A stretch of DNA of 64,000 bases from Octopus sinensis (lineage: Eukaryota): positions 17,434,464 through 17,498,463 of the forward strand of contig NC_043011.1 of NCBI RefSeq assembly GCF_006345805.1. The letters are read 5' to 3'. Below are positions 39,296 through 52,595 of the stretch, piece after piece. The notes beneath the pieces are model-generated. The model was given only the letters and a program-made list of their open reading frames with translations. It was not told where the DNA came from and did no database searches. Position numbers and translations under genes: made by a program. Each line of letters opens with the position of its first letter. Position 1 is the first letter of the stretch.

Positions 39296-39924
39296 ATATA
39301 TACATATATACATATTATATCTACATGTGTGTAACTATATATATATAAATTTTTTATACGAATCCCATATAAGAAGGGATTCTTTTGGGAAATCAGAGAA
39401 ATAATCAGAAAATTCTGTACACCATATTGATTTATTGTATGAATTTCTGTATGGCTTTTTAATTTGATTCTGTTGGCAGTTAATAGAAACATATCTGCCA
39501 TCCTTGCAACATACCTTTTTAAATATGCTAATTTAGGGAATATTGTTTTTCTTATATGTATATGTGTCAATACTTATCAAAGTGTGTAGGGAGTGTTTTC
39601 TTGTAAGCTGTTTAGCAGAACCATCTTCCAGATAATCTCCGGAAGGAAACCGAAATTTTTATTCCTGGATTACATATTTATTCTAGCATTCATCTCAAAA
39701 CTGTGAAATAGGTTTGGGAAACAAACTGAGAGAATCAGATTAATATGTTTTGTGTCAAAATCAGAACGGAAAATCTATGACAAACATTCAAATTATTTAT
39801 CATAAGATGAGCAGTAAAGTATATCTTATCTAAAAGTGTGTATTTCTGATCATAATTTTCATTTATTTATCTACTTATTTATTTGTTTATTTATCTTTGA
39901 GCACAGAGGTGTCTTATTTATTTT

Positions 39925-40270
39925 ATCTTTTATTTGTTTCAGTCATTAGACTGTGGCAATGATGCAGCACCATTTTGAAAGATTTTAGTCGAACAAATTG
40001 ACCCCAGCACTTTTTTAACCTGGTATTTATTCTATTGCTGTTTTTTTTTGCCAAACTACTAAGTTAAACAAACACCAGTCAAACACACACACACAAATGG
40101 ATACACACACACACACAAATGTATACACACACACATACACAATCAAGCATATATATATAATTGGCACTTCCAAGGCGTTGGTTGGCTCAAGGCTATAGTA
40201 GGAGACAGCTGACCAAGATTTCATGCTGTGGAATTGAACCCAGAACCATGTGGCTGGGAAACAAACTTCT
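39925..40270 (-). mobile_element. Diverged SINE family A
   Basis: tttgtttcagtcattagactg...ctatagtaggagac...ttgaacccagaaccatgtgg. Confidence 0.75.
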
Positions 40271-40362
40271 TAACAGATAGCTATGTCTGCATCTATCTAG
40301 AAAATCCTGGAAACGGAGCAGTCAGTCAGATTGACCTCAGTAATAGAATTGTATTTCTATGT

Positions 40363-40602
40363 TAATAAGACGGCGAGCTGGCAGAAACGTGAGAATGCCG
40401 GGTCAAATGCTTTGCAGTATTTCGTCTGCCGCTACGTTCTGAGTTCAAATTCCCCCAAGGTTGACTTTGCCTTTTATCCTTTCGGGGTTGATAAAATAAG
40501 TGCCAGATTTACACACTGGGGTCGATATAATCGACTTAATCAGTTTGTCTGTCCTTGTTTGTCCCCTCTGTGTTTAGCCCCTTGTGTGTAGTAAAGAAAT
40601 AC
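40363..40602 (+). mobile_element. Full-length SINE family C monomer (240 bp) with 12-bp TSD
   Basis: gtatttctatgt at 40351-40362 and 40603-40614. Head gacggcgagctggcagaaacgt; end gtaaagaaata. Confidence 0.9.
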
Positions 40603-40764
40603 GTATTTCTATGTCATTGACTCAGGAAATTTGAAAGCAAATTCATCCATGGCAGGATTTATACTTAAAATTCAAAAGGATGTAAGCACCATGCACCCCT
40701 TTGTAGAGCAGCTTAACCCTTTAGCATTCAGATTAATCCACCAAATGTAATGCTTATTTATTCA

Positions 40765-41070
40765 CGCCTATGGCACGTTAAACATACCATTCGAGCATGA
40801 TCGTTACTGCGTCGCCTTACTAGCACTTGTGCTGGTGGCACGTGAAATATTCGAGCGAGGTCGTCGCCAGTACCACCAAACTGGCCTCGTTCCAGTGGCA
40901 CATAAAAGCACATTCTACACTCTCGGAGTGGTTGGCATTAGGAAGGGCATACATCTGTAGAAACTCTACTAGATCAGATTGGAGTCTGGTTTGCCAGACC
41001 TCAGTCAAATCGTTCAACCCATGCTAGCATGGAAAGCAGACGTTAAATGATGATGGTGATGATGATCATC
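40765..41070 (+). mobile_element. SINE family D ((GAT)n tail); other copies at 45060-45335, 62525-62945 and a tail at 50620-50700 (-)
   Basis: cggagtggttggcattaggaagggcat..ctgtagaaactc...aacccatgctagcatggaaagc..gttaaatgatgatg. Confidence 0.8.
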
Positions 41071-41689
41071 ATCCTTTTGAAGCAATCATGTATTACTTTG
41101 TAGCTTCAAGATTTCAATGATGTAATTGTTTATTTTTCCAATTTCATTGGATCTGGCCAGTTTGAATATAAAACAGGTAGAATATTTTGGTTGGATATGG
41201 CCAGTCTAAATGCTCTACCACCATAAATATTGCTACTATGTATGCATGATACTAAAATATGTATATTATAATATGTTGGATATGGTTAATAGGAATTTAT
41301 TGACTTTGTTCTGAGTTCAAATTCTGCCAACCTCAACTTTGCCTTCCATCATTCTTGTGGTCAATAAAATATGTACCACTTGGGTACTGGAGTCAGTACA
41401 ATTGACTTAACCCCTCCCCAAATTTTTTGGCCTTGTGCAAAAATTTGAAAGCTATATGGATTTGTTGCTTTTGTTTATCAGATTCAATAAACATCTAATG
41501 GAAACTATTCAAGCCACGGCCATCACACCTCATTGCATAACTTGGATTACATTATTTGAATTTGTGGAACCTTTTCAAACAGATTGCATGTGATTTGAAG
41601 GATAATTGGTTACCATTTCTAGCAAGTCAAGACACCATGTAAGAATTTACACATTGGCTCAGTTGTTAATTGATATGTAATATAAATAG

Positions 41690-42108
41690 AATATGGCAAG
41701 CTAGCAGAATCATTAGCATATCAGATAAAATGCTTACTGGCATTTCATCTGTCTTTGTGTTCTGAGTTCAAATTCTGCCAGTGTCAACTTTGCCTTTCAT
41801 TTTTCCGGGGTTGATAAAATAAGTAATAGCTAAACAATGGGGTCAATGTAATTCACTCACCTCTCCCCCAAACTAGCTGGCTCTGTGCTAAAATTTGAGA
41901 CTATTATGCTGACAGAGTCCCTAGCATGCTGCAAAAATACTTAGCAACATATCATTTGTCTTTACATTCTGAGTTCAAATTCTGCTAGGTTCAGCTTTGC
42001 CCTTCTCCCTTTCAGGGTCAATACAATAAGTACTAGCTGAATACTGAGGTCAGTCTGATTGACTTTTCCCTCCCACAATATTGCTAGCCTAGCACCAAAA
42101 CTTCAAAG
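41690..42108 (+). mobile_element. Two adjacent diverged SINE family C copies
   Basis: ctgagttcaaattctgc...ttgcc(t)tt...gggttgataaaataagt occurs twice; a further degenerate copy lies at about 41300-41450. Confidence 0.7.
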
Positions 42109-42117
42109 CAATATATA

Positions 42118-42265
42118 ATGTATTATTTACATTATTTATATTTGACGGATATTTGTCCTCATTTTGTTTGTTGCTAACACGTTTCAGCTGTTATACCCTC
42201 CAGCCTTCTTCAGGTGTCTTGAGGAAATTTTGAAATTGGGTTCTCATTCCTAAGGTATTTTTCGA

Positions 42266-42328
<63 letters not shown>

Positions 42329-43454
42329 CATTATTATTATTATTATTATTCAGTAGTTTTATTTTTATAGCGTGCTTTCACTTCACTACCGAGTGCAGCT
42401 CTGTGTGCCTTGGGTATGTGCTGTGATTTGTTGTGATGCTCTGATGGTTATTGTATGGAAAGTGTTCTACGTAGGATGTGTGCAGTGCCTAGTAGTGCAA
42501 TTTTCTGTATGTTATATGTGTTTGTAAGTCCTGGTGTTTTTGTTATGTATTTGTCTGAATATTTTTTTATCATGCCTAATGCACCTACTATGATAGGAAT
42601 TGTTTCTGTTTTCAGGTTCCACATTCTAGTTACCTCTATTTCCAGGTCTTTGTATTTTGAGAGTTTCTCCATTTCTTTTAGAGACACGTTGTCATCTGCC
42701 GGTATTGATACATCAATTAGAAAGCATTTTTTTTCTTCATGATCTCTGACAACTATATCTGGTCTGTTGGCCTTAATTTCTCTATCTGTGTGTATCGGCA
42801 TATCCCAGAGTATGGTTGCTTTCTCGTTTTCTGTGACCTTTTCTAGTGTGTGCCTATACCATCTTTTTTCTGTTGTTATTCCATAATGTTGGCATAGCTT
42901 CCAATGTATGTAGGTTCCAACTCTGTCATGTCTGTGAATATATTCCTTCTTAGCCAGGAGTGGGCAGCTAGAGATAATATGATTTATTGTTTCTTGTCCA
43001 TCTCCACATATTCTGCAGTTACTTGTAATATTTCTTTTCATTACATGTTTTTGGTAATTTCTGGTGGGGAGGTTTTGGTCTTGTGCTGCAATTAAAAATC
43101 CCTCTGTTTCTGCTTTGAGTCCTGAGCTTCTCAACCATTGCTGGGATTTTTCTTTGTCTATTTCTTTTGCGTTTAGTTTAGTCCAGTATTTACCATGAAG
43201 GGGCTTTTCTTGCCATCGTTTTATCATGGCTCGTTGCTGTTCTATTTTTAGTTTGAATTCCATTTGTTTTATAGCTTTTGTTGTTTCTTCATCATCTTCT
43301 TCTTCTTTGTGTTTATTAGGTGGTATGATTTCTTGTTTGTATTTGTCAGCTTCCTTAAATACTGAGAACAGTTTTTTGTTTTGCTCGTGTTTTGCTGCTA
43401 TCTGGATCAGTTTTCCTTCCTTCTGAAGTAGGTATTTTTGCAGTCCTATGGTGG

Positions 43455-43536
<82 letters not shown>

Positions 43537-43590
43537 TCACTGCCTGGAATTGAACTCGGAATCTTGGGGTTAATAGCTCGTGCTCTTAAC
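42118..43590 (-). mobile_element. tRNA-headed, (AAT)n-containing element with a PLE/hammerhead-like tail, split by a Dong LINE
   Basis: Head at 43531-43590 (B-box GAGTTCAATTCC) and body at 42118-42268, which is the reverse complement of 43722-43870. Confidence 0.75.
42351..43456 (-). mobile_element. Young 5'-truncated R4/Dong-clade LINE (CCHC knuckle plus restriction-like endonuclease), inserted in (TAA)n
   Basis: Frame open through the fragment: WLRSSGLKAETEGFLIAAQDQ, CRICG...ETINHIISSC, RHD, NRPDIV...IDVSIP, EKLSKYKDL. (TTA)n lies on both flanks. Confidence 0.95.
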
Positions 43591-43643
43591 CCCAAGATTC
43601 TGAGCTTGAATCCAGCCAGGCAGTGACCTGAATAATAATAATA

Positions 43644-43713
<70 letters not shown>

Positions 43714-43880
43714 CAACAGCCATCGAAAAATACCTTAGGAATGAGAACCCAGGTTCGAAATTTCCTCAAGACACCTGATGAAGGCTGGGCGGTATATCAG
43801 CTGAAACGTGTTAACAACAAACAAGATGAGGACAAATGTAAATAATGTACATAATTCCTCATCTCTTAAATATAGAACGA
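43585..43880 (+). mobile_element. Second copy of the tRNA-headed (AAT)n element, head-to-head with the first
   Basis: aaccccaagattctgag...caggcagtgacctga(ata)n...cgaaaaataccttaggaatgagaacc...gacacCTGATGAaggctg..cagctGAAAcgtgtt. Confidence 0.75.
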
Positions 43881-44267
43881 TATGTAATAAAACTGGGACA
43901 AACAGTTAATATATATCATTAAGAGGCAGGTTATTAACTGAATACCATGGTAGCAAGTGGATTGAAGTGTAATGTATAGTTTCATATTCTTCATAAGATC
44001 ATTGGCTTCAGTTTTTATTAAAATAATGTGTACTTAATTAATACCAGTAATATATGGTGAGATGATTCAAACCATTGCTTCTGTTACTTATATGTTGTCC
44101 TTGTGTACTAAATTAAATGGAATAGTAATTTATTATTATATATAACCTGTTATTTCATAACTTATTATCTAGAATTTAAACTTAATGATATATAAACCAA
44201 TTCACAACAAATGACGTTTATAATCAGGATTGTGTCTGCCAATGTGTGTGTGAGTGTGTATGTGTGA

Positions 44268-44304
<37 letters not shown>

Positions 44305-45361
44305 GACAAAGAATGCCTGTTTATATAAACATAGGAGGAGTTGGAGAATGAGAATTTATATAATACAACTTAGTAGTATTCTTATATCTCTTGTTGGTAA
44401 AGATTATATTTTCCCTCTTCCATTAATTTAAGATATACCTAAAAGCTAACATATGCAAGTAATTATACACACACACATACACACACACACACACAAATTT
44501 ACATATATTTATATGCTATAAGTGTATTAACATATGTGTATGTATGTCTGTATGTATGGATGTCTTTTTTCAACATTTATTAATATTTATGAGAATATGT
44601 ATTTACATTATTTTCAAGATTTTTATTGCAAATTATTTTTCATGACATTCTACTGAAAATTATCTGATCTTAATTTCCTCAATGTGAAGCTCCCATCTTT
44701 AGATTTAATGATTGATTTATATATGAATGGGGGACAGAAGGAGAAATATTTTTATCTATATTTATAGCACTTTGTTTCTTAAAGTTCAGCTGAATATATA
44801 ATCATTCCGAGATGTTTATTTGTACAAGGGATTGCAGAAAGTATCTCATTCCTACATGGCTGCTAGCATCTATGCAATGAAATACATTCCAAACAACTTA
44901 TCAATTTCTTATATTTTTGCGCATTGCATCTGTCATGTACTCATGCACATATATGTGTATCTGAAGAAGCGAGCATAATTTTGTACAACTTCCTGGAAAC
45001 ATCAGTGAAATCTCCCTTGAAGTGTAGACCCGTCTCGTAAAGGAAGTTCATATCAGATAATATAATCCCAGCCTCGTCTGGCCCCCGTGCCAGTGGCGCG
45101 TAGAAAGCACCATCTGATCGTGGCCGTTTTCCAGTCTCATCTGGCACCTGTGCAGGTGGGACATAAAAAGCACCCACTACACTCACTGAGTGCTTGGCGT
45201 TAGGAAGGGCATCCAGCTGTAGAAACACTGCCAGATCAGACTAGGCCTGGCGCAGCCTTCTGGCTTAACAGGCCCATGTTGAACCATCCAACCCATGCTA
45301 GCATGGAAAACGGACGTTAAATGATGATGATGATACTTTACTTGAATAAAGAATTAAAGGG

Positions 45362-45787
45362 GGATCTTTTCAGTTTGAACGGCAGTTTTTTCTAGCAGTG
45401 TCATATGAAATTGTCACCCATAATTATGACCCTAGTATCGATCTATTGCATTTCAAACTGTTTTAGGGTTAGGGTTAGTTAGGGTTTGGGGTGGGGGGAA
45501 GGGTATCTTTTTTCTTCACAAATGTAAATAAACTCAATCTGTTTTTTAAACGAGGGACATATTCATACGGCACAGAATGTTTTTTACCTCAATAGACATC
45601 ACTGATTGGTTGAAATTGCAGAAATTGAAGGAAAAAAACAACAAATATCTTACAAACTATAGAATTTTCTCAATAAAGCCAAGAGAAAAAGATGTTTTAT
45701 AAACACATTCTACCAGTATACGAAGTTTAAAATTTTTTAGTTAACTAGAAATTATGTTAAAAACTGCCGTTCAAACCGAAAAGATCC
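45362..45787. mobile_element. GGATC-TIR MITE, copy 3
   Basis: Perfect 8-bp TSD ttaaaggg at 45354-61 and 45788-95. Internal ttagggttagggttagttaggg. Confidence 0.92.
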
Positions 45788-46070
45788 TTAAAGGGTTATA
45801 GTTGAAATACTTGAAATCATTTGCCAGCTAAATAAATGACTGACTTGAAACTAAACAGCAAGAACAATTTTCTGCCAACCTATGGTCCATATATGAGTAG
45901 ATGTGTTCCATTTTCTTTAAAATTACTACTACTACAATGGCTCATAAATTGTAGAATCTGTTAACAGATTATTATAGATCCAATGATGAAAGACATACAA
46001 ACTGAGACTGTCCCATGATTTGTTTCTGAAATACAGTTTTTCTTGATCATCAGGCACATTATGCCATATA

Positions 46071-47401
46071 TATTTCTTTACTACCTACAAGGGGCTAAAC
46101 ACAGAGGGGACAAACAAGGACAGACAAACGGATTAAGTTGATTACATCGACCCCAATGCATAACTGGTACTAATTTATCGACCCCGAAAGGATGAAAGGC
46201 AAAGTTGACCTCGGCGGAATTTGGACTCAAAACGTAATGACAGACGAAATACTTAATTCTTTACTACGCACAAGGGGCTAAACACAGAGGGGACAAACAA
46301 GGACAGACAAACGGATTAAGTTGATTACATCGACCCCAATGCATAACTGGTACTAATTTATCGACCCCGAAAGGATGAAAGGCAAAGTTGACCTCGGCGG
46401 AATTTGGACTCAAAACGTAATGACAGACGAAATACTTAATTCTTTACTACGCACAAGGGGCTAAACACAGAGGGGACAAACAAGGACAGACAAACGGATT
46501 AAGTTGATTACATCGACCCCAATGCATAACTGGTACTAATTTATCGACCCCGAAAGGATGAAAGGCAAAGTTGACCTCGGCGGAATTTGGACTCAAAACG
46601 TAATGACAGACGAAATACTTAATTCTTTACTACGCACAAGGGGCTAAACACAGAGGGGACAAACAAGGACAGACAAACGGATTAAGTTGATTACATCGAC
46701 CCCAATGCATAACTGGTACTAATTTATCGACCCCGAAAGGATGAAAGGCAAAGTTGACCTCGGCGGAATTTGGACTCAAAACGTAATGACAGACGAAATA
46801 CTTAATTCTTTACTACGCACAAGGGGCTAAACACAGAGGGGAAAAACAAGGACAGACAAACGGATTAAGTTGATTACATCGACCCCAATGCATAACTGGT
46901 ACTAATTTATCGACCCCGAAAGGATGAAAGGCAAAGTTGACCTCGGCGGAATTTGGACTCAAAACGTAATGTCAGACGAAATACTTAATTCTTTACTACG
47001 CACAAGGGGCTAAACACAGAGGGGACAAACAAGGACAGACAAACGGATTAAGTTGATTACATCGACCCCAATGCATAACTGGTACTAATTTATCGACCCC
47101 GAAAGGATGAAAGGCAAAGTTGACCTCGGCGGAATTTGGACTCAGAACGTAATGACAGACGAAATACTTAATTCTTTACTACGCACAAGGGGCTAAACAC
47201 AGAGGGGACAAACAAGGACAGACAAACGGATTAAGTTGATGACATCGACCCCAGTGCGTAACTGGTACTTAATTTATCGACCGCGAAAGGATGAAAGGCA
47301 AACCCGACTTCAGCAGAATTTGAACTCAGAACGTAGCGGCAGACGAAATACGGCTACGCATTTCGCCCGGCGTGCTAACGTTTCTGCCAGCTCGCCGCCT
47401 T
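46071..47401 (-). repeat. SINE family C: one head plus 7 tandem 183-bp bodies inside a 15-bp TSD
   Basis: The ttactac register falls at 46078, 46261, 46444, 46627, 46810, 46993 and 47176. Flanks are acattatgccatata (46056-70) and acattataccatata (47402-16). Confidence 0.93.
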
Positions 47402-47859
47402 ACATTATACCATATAGCTTTCCTCTTCAGAACCGGTAATCTGTGATTACAAAGAAACATTGTCTGCTATTAGCTGCTACTTCTAGTGGGTGGTTCAGTG
47501 ACTGTTGTAGACACTGTTCACTGATCATGGCTTCAAAAATGTTGCTTGTGCTGTTGTTCAGCTTCAGGCCATATCTGATAACCAGTTTTATCATCAATGA
47601 CATTGCAGCTGCAACATTCCTAGTTTATATTTAAAAATAATGTATTTAAAACTACATTATTCTTGTGATTCTTCATTTTCTCAAGACTGTTGTGTGTAAT
47701 TAGTGTGAGTTTGAATTTGAGAACAGTTTGTAATAGAAATTTTGGTCAAACTCTCTTCTAATATTTCGTTTTTTTTTGTTGTTTTTTTGCATGTAAGCAT
47801 ATAGATATAAAAATAAACAGATCAACATACAGACAGATAAGTACATAGGTTATAAGAAC

Positions 47860-48290
47860 AGACAAGCACACATATGCAAATGGAGACTGAAACAAATGAC
47901 CATATACACGCACACACTTTACTCCACACAAGGACACATATAGAGATGCACATCCATACATACAAACATGGTACATTGTTACATAACGCACACACACACA
48001 CACACACACAGACATGCACACACAAGGAGACAGAGGTGCATACATATACAAACACACAATCACACACATGCATACACAGAAAATACACAAACACGGACAT
48101 GCAAGCACATGAATATGCAGGATACATACACACAGATGCATACATATATACATATGCATGCACACACATATATACATACATACACATGCATATATACATA
48201 CATACATACGTACATGCTTGCATGCATAGGCACACACACACACCACACACACTGACCCACACACATGTGCACAAACAAACAAAAAGGAAC
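47860..48290. repeat. Degenerate (CA/TA)-rich low-complexity tract
   Basis: Read directly from the sequence. Confidence 0.85.
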
Positions 48291-48625
48291 GCAGTGTAAA
48301 TAATGGACAGAGTCAAGACTATTGAAAAGGTTGCAAGAGGCAATGAAAATTTTAGGAAAATAAAAATAAGAAAAAAGTGGAAATTTTATGGGTGAGTGAG
48401 TTACATTATAAAGCACAAAAAGAAAATGACTTTCCCTTCTAGTAGCTTAAAGTTTATGATTCCTAATGTTGTGTATATAAAGCTCATTACTATCCTGGGT
48501 ATAATCATGGCTCAATTTAAAATTTGAGTTCAGCTATAAAAGATAACAAATCACATCTATGTTAAATAATATGTCTATTTAAGGGAATTTGATGATTACC
48601 CATAGTAATCACCTGCCAAAGTTGT

Positions 48626-48935
48626 GGAGGCACATGGACTAGTGGTTAGAGCAGCGGACTTGTGATCGAAGGATCTTGGGATCGAATTTCAGGCCGAACG
48701 ATGTGTGTGTTTATGAGCGAAACACCTAAGCTCCACGCGGCTCCGGCAGAAGGTAGTGGTGAACTTCTGCTGACTCTTTCGCCACAACTTTCTCTCACTC
48801 TTTCCTCCTGCATCTCGCAGCTCACCTGAGACGGACCGGCGTCTTGTCCAGGTGTGGAACCTATATGCTAAGGAAACCGGGAAATCGGCCCTTATGAGCC
48901 AGGCATGGCTCAACAAGGGACAAACAAACAAACCT
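48626..48935 (+). mobile_element. SINE family B
   Basis: Reverse complement of the 4490-4772 copy. A related diverged copy lies at 49842-50070. Confidence 0.85.
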
Positions 48936-49559
48936 GCCAAAATTTATCATCCTCAAACTTCATATTACTGTCTGTAATAATGAAAAACCTATTGTAAAAT
49001 GTAGTCTTAAATACACTTATCTATAAGATAAGAGATTCATAGCTGAAAGATCACTGATCAAAGAACTAATTGATCAAGGCTGACCTAAAATTGAATAACA
49101 ACATTTTTTAAGGCAATCAAAATATGAGGGTCAGTATTCTTACTGAACCTCCTGGAAGTAATAGTCTCTACCTCCAAATCACACCACACTATCATAAAGA
49201 GGAAGTATATATGTTTCATGAAATCCAAGATATACTATGCCAGGTAATCCTGTCTTTTGACAGGATTGTCTCAAGGCGACTAAGCCTAGTGAATAATTGG
49301 ATTCTTCTATTATGCTAATTTTCTTCTTATGTAGTTTAATATGCTCAATTTTCTTAATATTATTTCCATGAAAACTTCAGTACTTATGCTTGAGTAGGAA
49401 GTAACAATACTATTTGAACCCTATACAGAGTAAGCCATCAATTTTTTGGTCCAATATAATTTCTTGCCACACTACAGCCCTTGGGTATGCATATATATAT
49501 TGTTATCCCTATTTACATATTCTAATCACTCCTACCATAGAATCCAATCCCTTGAATGA

Positions 49560-49790
49560 ACTAGTTCTATACTACCTCTATTCAGAAAACTTAGAAATAC
49601 CCATCTCTCCTCCTGCCATTATTCATACTCTCCCCAACTAAACCCATACCACTCACAACGTTGAATACTTTCTCTCCAGAATGTCAGCTCTCTGGAATAC
49701 CTTTTCTCCAGATGGTTGTTCACACTGAAAAATCAACTCAGCAACTTTGATTACATTCCTCTAAAATGTTCTCACCATTATAATTCTATC
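49560..49790 (+). mobile_element. Very old CR1/L2-group 3' fragment
   Basis: YFLSRMSALWNT resembles the SFFPRTxxLWNxLP motif. Confidence 0.35.
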
Positions 49791-50147
49791 CCTGAATCTC
49801 TAGGCCTTATTGGTGTTTTCTAACCTACTACCTACCACAGTGGAGGCATGTGTCTTAGTGGTCAGAGTGTTGGACTCTTGATACTAAGATTGTGGTTTGA
49901 AATCCTGGACTGGGCAACATGTTATATTCTTGAGTGAAATACTTCATTTCAAGTTCCTCTAGTCCTCTCAGCTGGCAAAAATGAGTAATCCTATGAGGGA
50001 CTGGCATCCCATCCAGGTGGAGTATATATACACCATAGAAACCATGAAACTGGCCCTATGGCCTTACTACCACCCATCACAAATTATGATTTCTGTTCTC
50101 AGTAATGTTGCTAATAAACTCAATGCATTGACTATTAACTTTAAACA

Positions 50148-50328
50148 CAGGCGTAGGAGTGGCTGTGTGGTAAGTAGCTTGCTTACAAACCACATGGTTC
50201 CAGGTTAAGTCCTACTGCGTGGCACCTTGGGCAAGTGTCTTCTACTATAGCCTCGGGCCGACCAAAGCCTTGTGAGTAGATTTGGTAGACGGAAACTGAA
50301 AGAAGCCCATCGTATATATTGATGTATG

Positions 50329-50359
<31 letters not shown>

Positions 50360-50364
50360 GTATG

Positions 50365-50395
<31 letters not shown>

Positions 50396-50700
50396 TATAT
50401 ATATAGTTAATCCAAACATGAAAACACAACGCAGAACATGGAACAAATATAGTATTATTGGACGCTCAGGAAGGAAGGGAAGAAGGAGGGTTTAACGTTT
50501 CAAGCGGAGCTCTTCGTCAGAAACATAGGAAAAGAAAAGATCCAGAGAAGGGAAGATGGAGGGAAAAAATCACCAACGGTATACACGCGGTCACATTTTC
50601 AATGCATATATATATATATCATCATCATCATCATCATCATTTAGCGTCCGTTTTCCATGCTAGCATGGGTTGGACGGTTCAACTGGGGTCTGGGGAGCCC

Positions 50701-50738
<38 letters not shown>

Positions 50739-50950
50739 TTATATGCTTGTGTGTCTGTGTTTGTCCCCCCAACATCGCTCGACAACCGATGCTGGTGTGT
50801 TTACGTCCACATAACTTAGCGGTTCGGCAAAAGAAACCAATAGAATAAGTACTAGGCTTACAAAGAATAAGTCCTGAGGTCGATTTGCTCGACTAAAGGT
50901 GGTGCTCCAACATGGCCACAGTCACATGACTGAAACAAGTGAGAAAAGTA
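50148..50950 (+). mobile_element. SINE family A interrupted in its internal microsatellite by a PLE remnant (50405-50600) and a SINE D tail (50620-50700)
   Basis: The 5' half is at 50148-50330 and the 3' half at 50750-50950. The minus-strand PLE remnant reads gttt-CTGACGA-a-gagc(tcc)gctt-GAAAacgtt-aaac. Confidence 0.8.
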
Positions 50951-52595
50951 CATGTACCTTAATGACAACCTTTTTCTCTATTCTTTCATTGCAAAGTAGC
51001 TCTGTCCTCCAGTTTTTTTGACAGAAACTTCATTCTTTGTCAACCACTTCCCTCTTCTATTAACGAAGACTGTAAATTGTCTAACTACCTAATTATGTTG
51101 AATATTTTTAAAACAAACATTATTTCTATAGTAGTTGATTGGCAGAAGCTGTAGAGTAAAAAGGCAAAATTACCTTGTGCTATTCGTTTAATTCGCTTTA
51201 CAATCTTAATTCAAATCCTGCCAAGAGCAACTATGCCTTTCATAACTTCAGCATTGTGCTTATTCTAGAAAACATTATTTCAAGAAGTATAACAACACTG
51301 GTCCCCCACCATCACCAACCTCCTGGCTCAATACTAGGAATCCTTCTAATTAGAATAGCATTATTTAAATTAGAATAATCTGAAATTCAATTCATTTCTG
51401 AAATATGCTTTTGTTTTTTCCCCCCTTTTTTTAAATATTTTTTTTTACTGATTTTCGAATTTAAAGCCTGAGGACTTCACCTAAACTAAAGTCATTATCG
51501 TGGTTATCAAAAAATTATTGCCAAACATGTTGCTGTAATCACTATCAGCTTTGTTATCACCACCGTAATCACTATGGTCAGCTACCGCTACTGTTAACAA
51601 CACCACCACCGCCGCTACCACCACCACCACCACCAAACTCACTATTATTAGCATCACCAACACCTATGCCATTATCATCATAATGACAGGTAATAGTATT
51701 ACTATCCCCTGCCACCTCCATCTACAACAACGACAACAACAACCACAACACAAGTGCTGATATCATCTCCGCCAGAAACACAGTCACCACTGTTACCACC
51801 ACCGCCACATCTACCACCACACTGTTACTGCATCATACATCTACATAAGCATTACAGCTATTCTCTACTCTGGTATCTCTTCTTGAGTTATTGTTTTAAT
51901 ATGCTTCCATTTGAATGCATAATTTTAAAACCTTAACTATAGTTTGATACTTCGATGATTGAATTGTTCAGCTGAAAAATAGCAGTGTTTAAGCGCTGCT
52001 GATGCACATCATTATGGTATGAGTTGCATTTTCTGTAATTGCTATAAAATTAGAATATATGAATGAACAAAATGTATGAACACGAAATTAGGAGTCTATC
52101 TAATATAGTATCTCTGTCTGTCAACATCATTAAGCAGAAGAAACATACTTTCGCTTTTAGAATTATTAATGAATTTTTACCAGTATTTCTGAGAAGAGAA
52201 AAAGTGAAAAAAAAGTTGGAAAACAGTGATAGAACAATATGAGAATGCTTACTGCGTAATTTAAGAATCATTGCTATTTTTCTTTCTTTCTGATTAGAGA
52301 TTTTGGATCAGATGAATTTTTATATATTTTCTTTGGTAATTTTTCCAAAATAGGAGAAGATACATTAAAATTGGACTTATTTCTTTCTCAATGGTTTCTG
52401 TAATTGAAATCATTTAGACTTAAGTTAAATAGAATATATTTAATCCCAAGCTCTGCGTCATTCTTAAATTATTGATTCATACAGATGTTGAAAGAGAAGT
52501 AAAACATCCTTATTTTTGCTGACATACTTTGTAAATTGTCTATTTTGCATCCAATTTTCCATGCTTGATAAGTGGAGACATTCTTCTAATGGGAT

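Noticed and set aside
46071-47350. CRISPR-like appearance of the regular 183-bp array (and the 66-bp array at 54060)
   Set aside because: Units are contiguous repeats with no unique spacers, there are no cas genes, and the context is eukaryotic SINE sequence.
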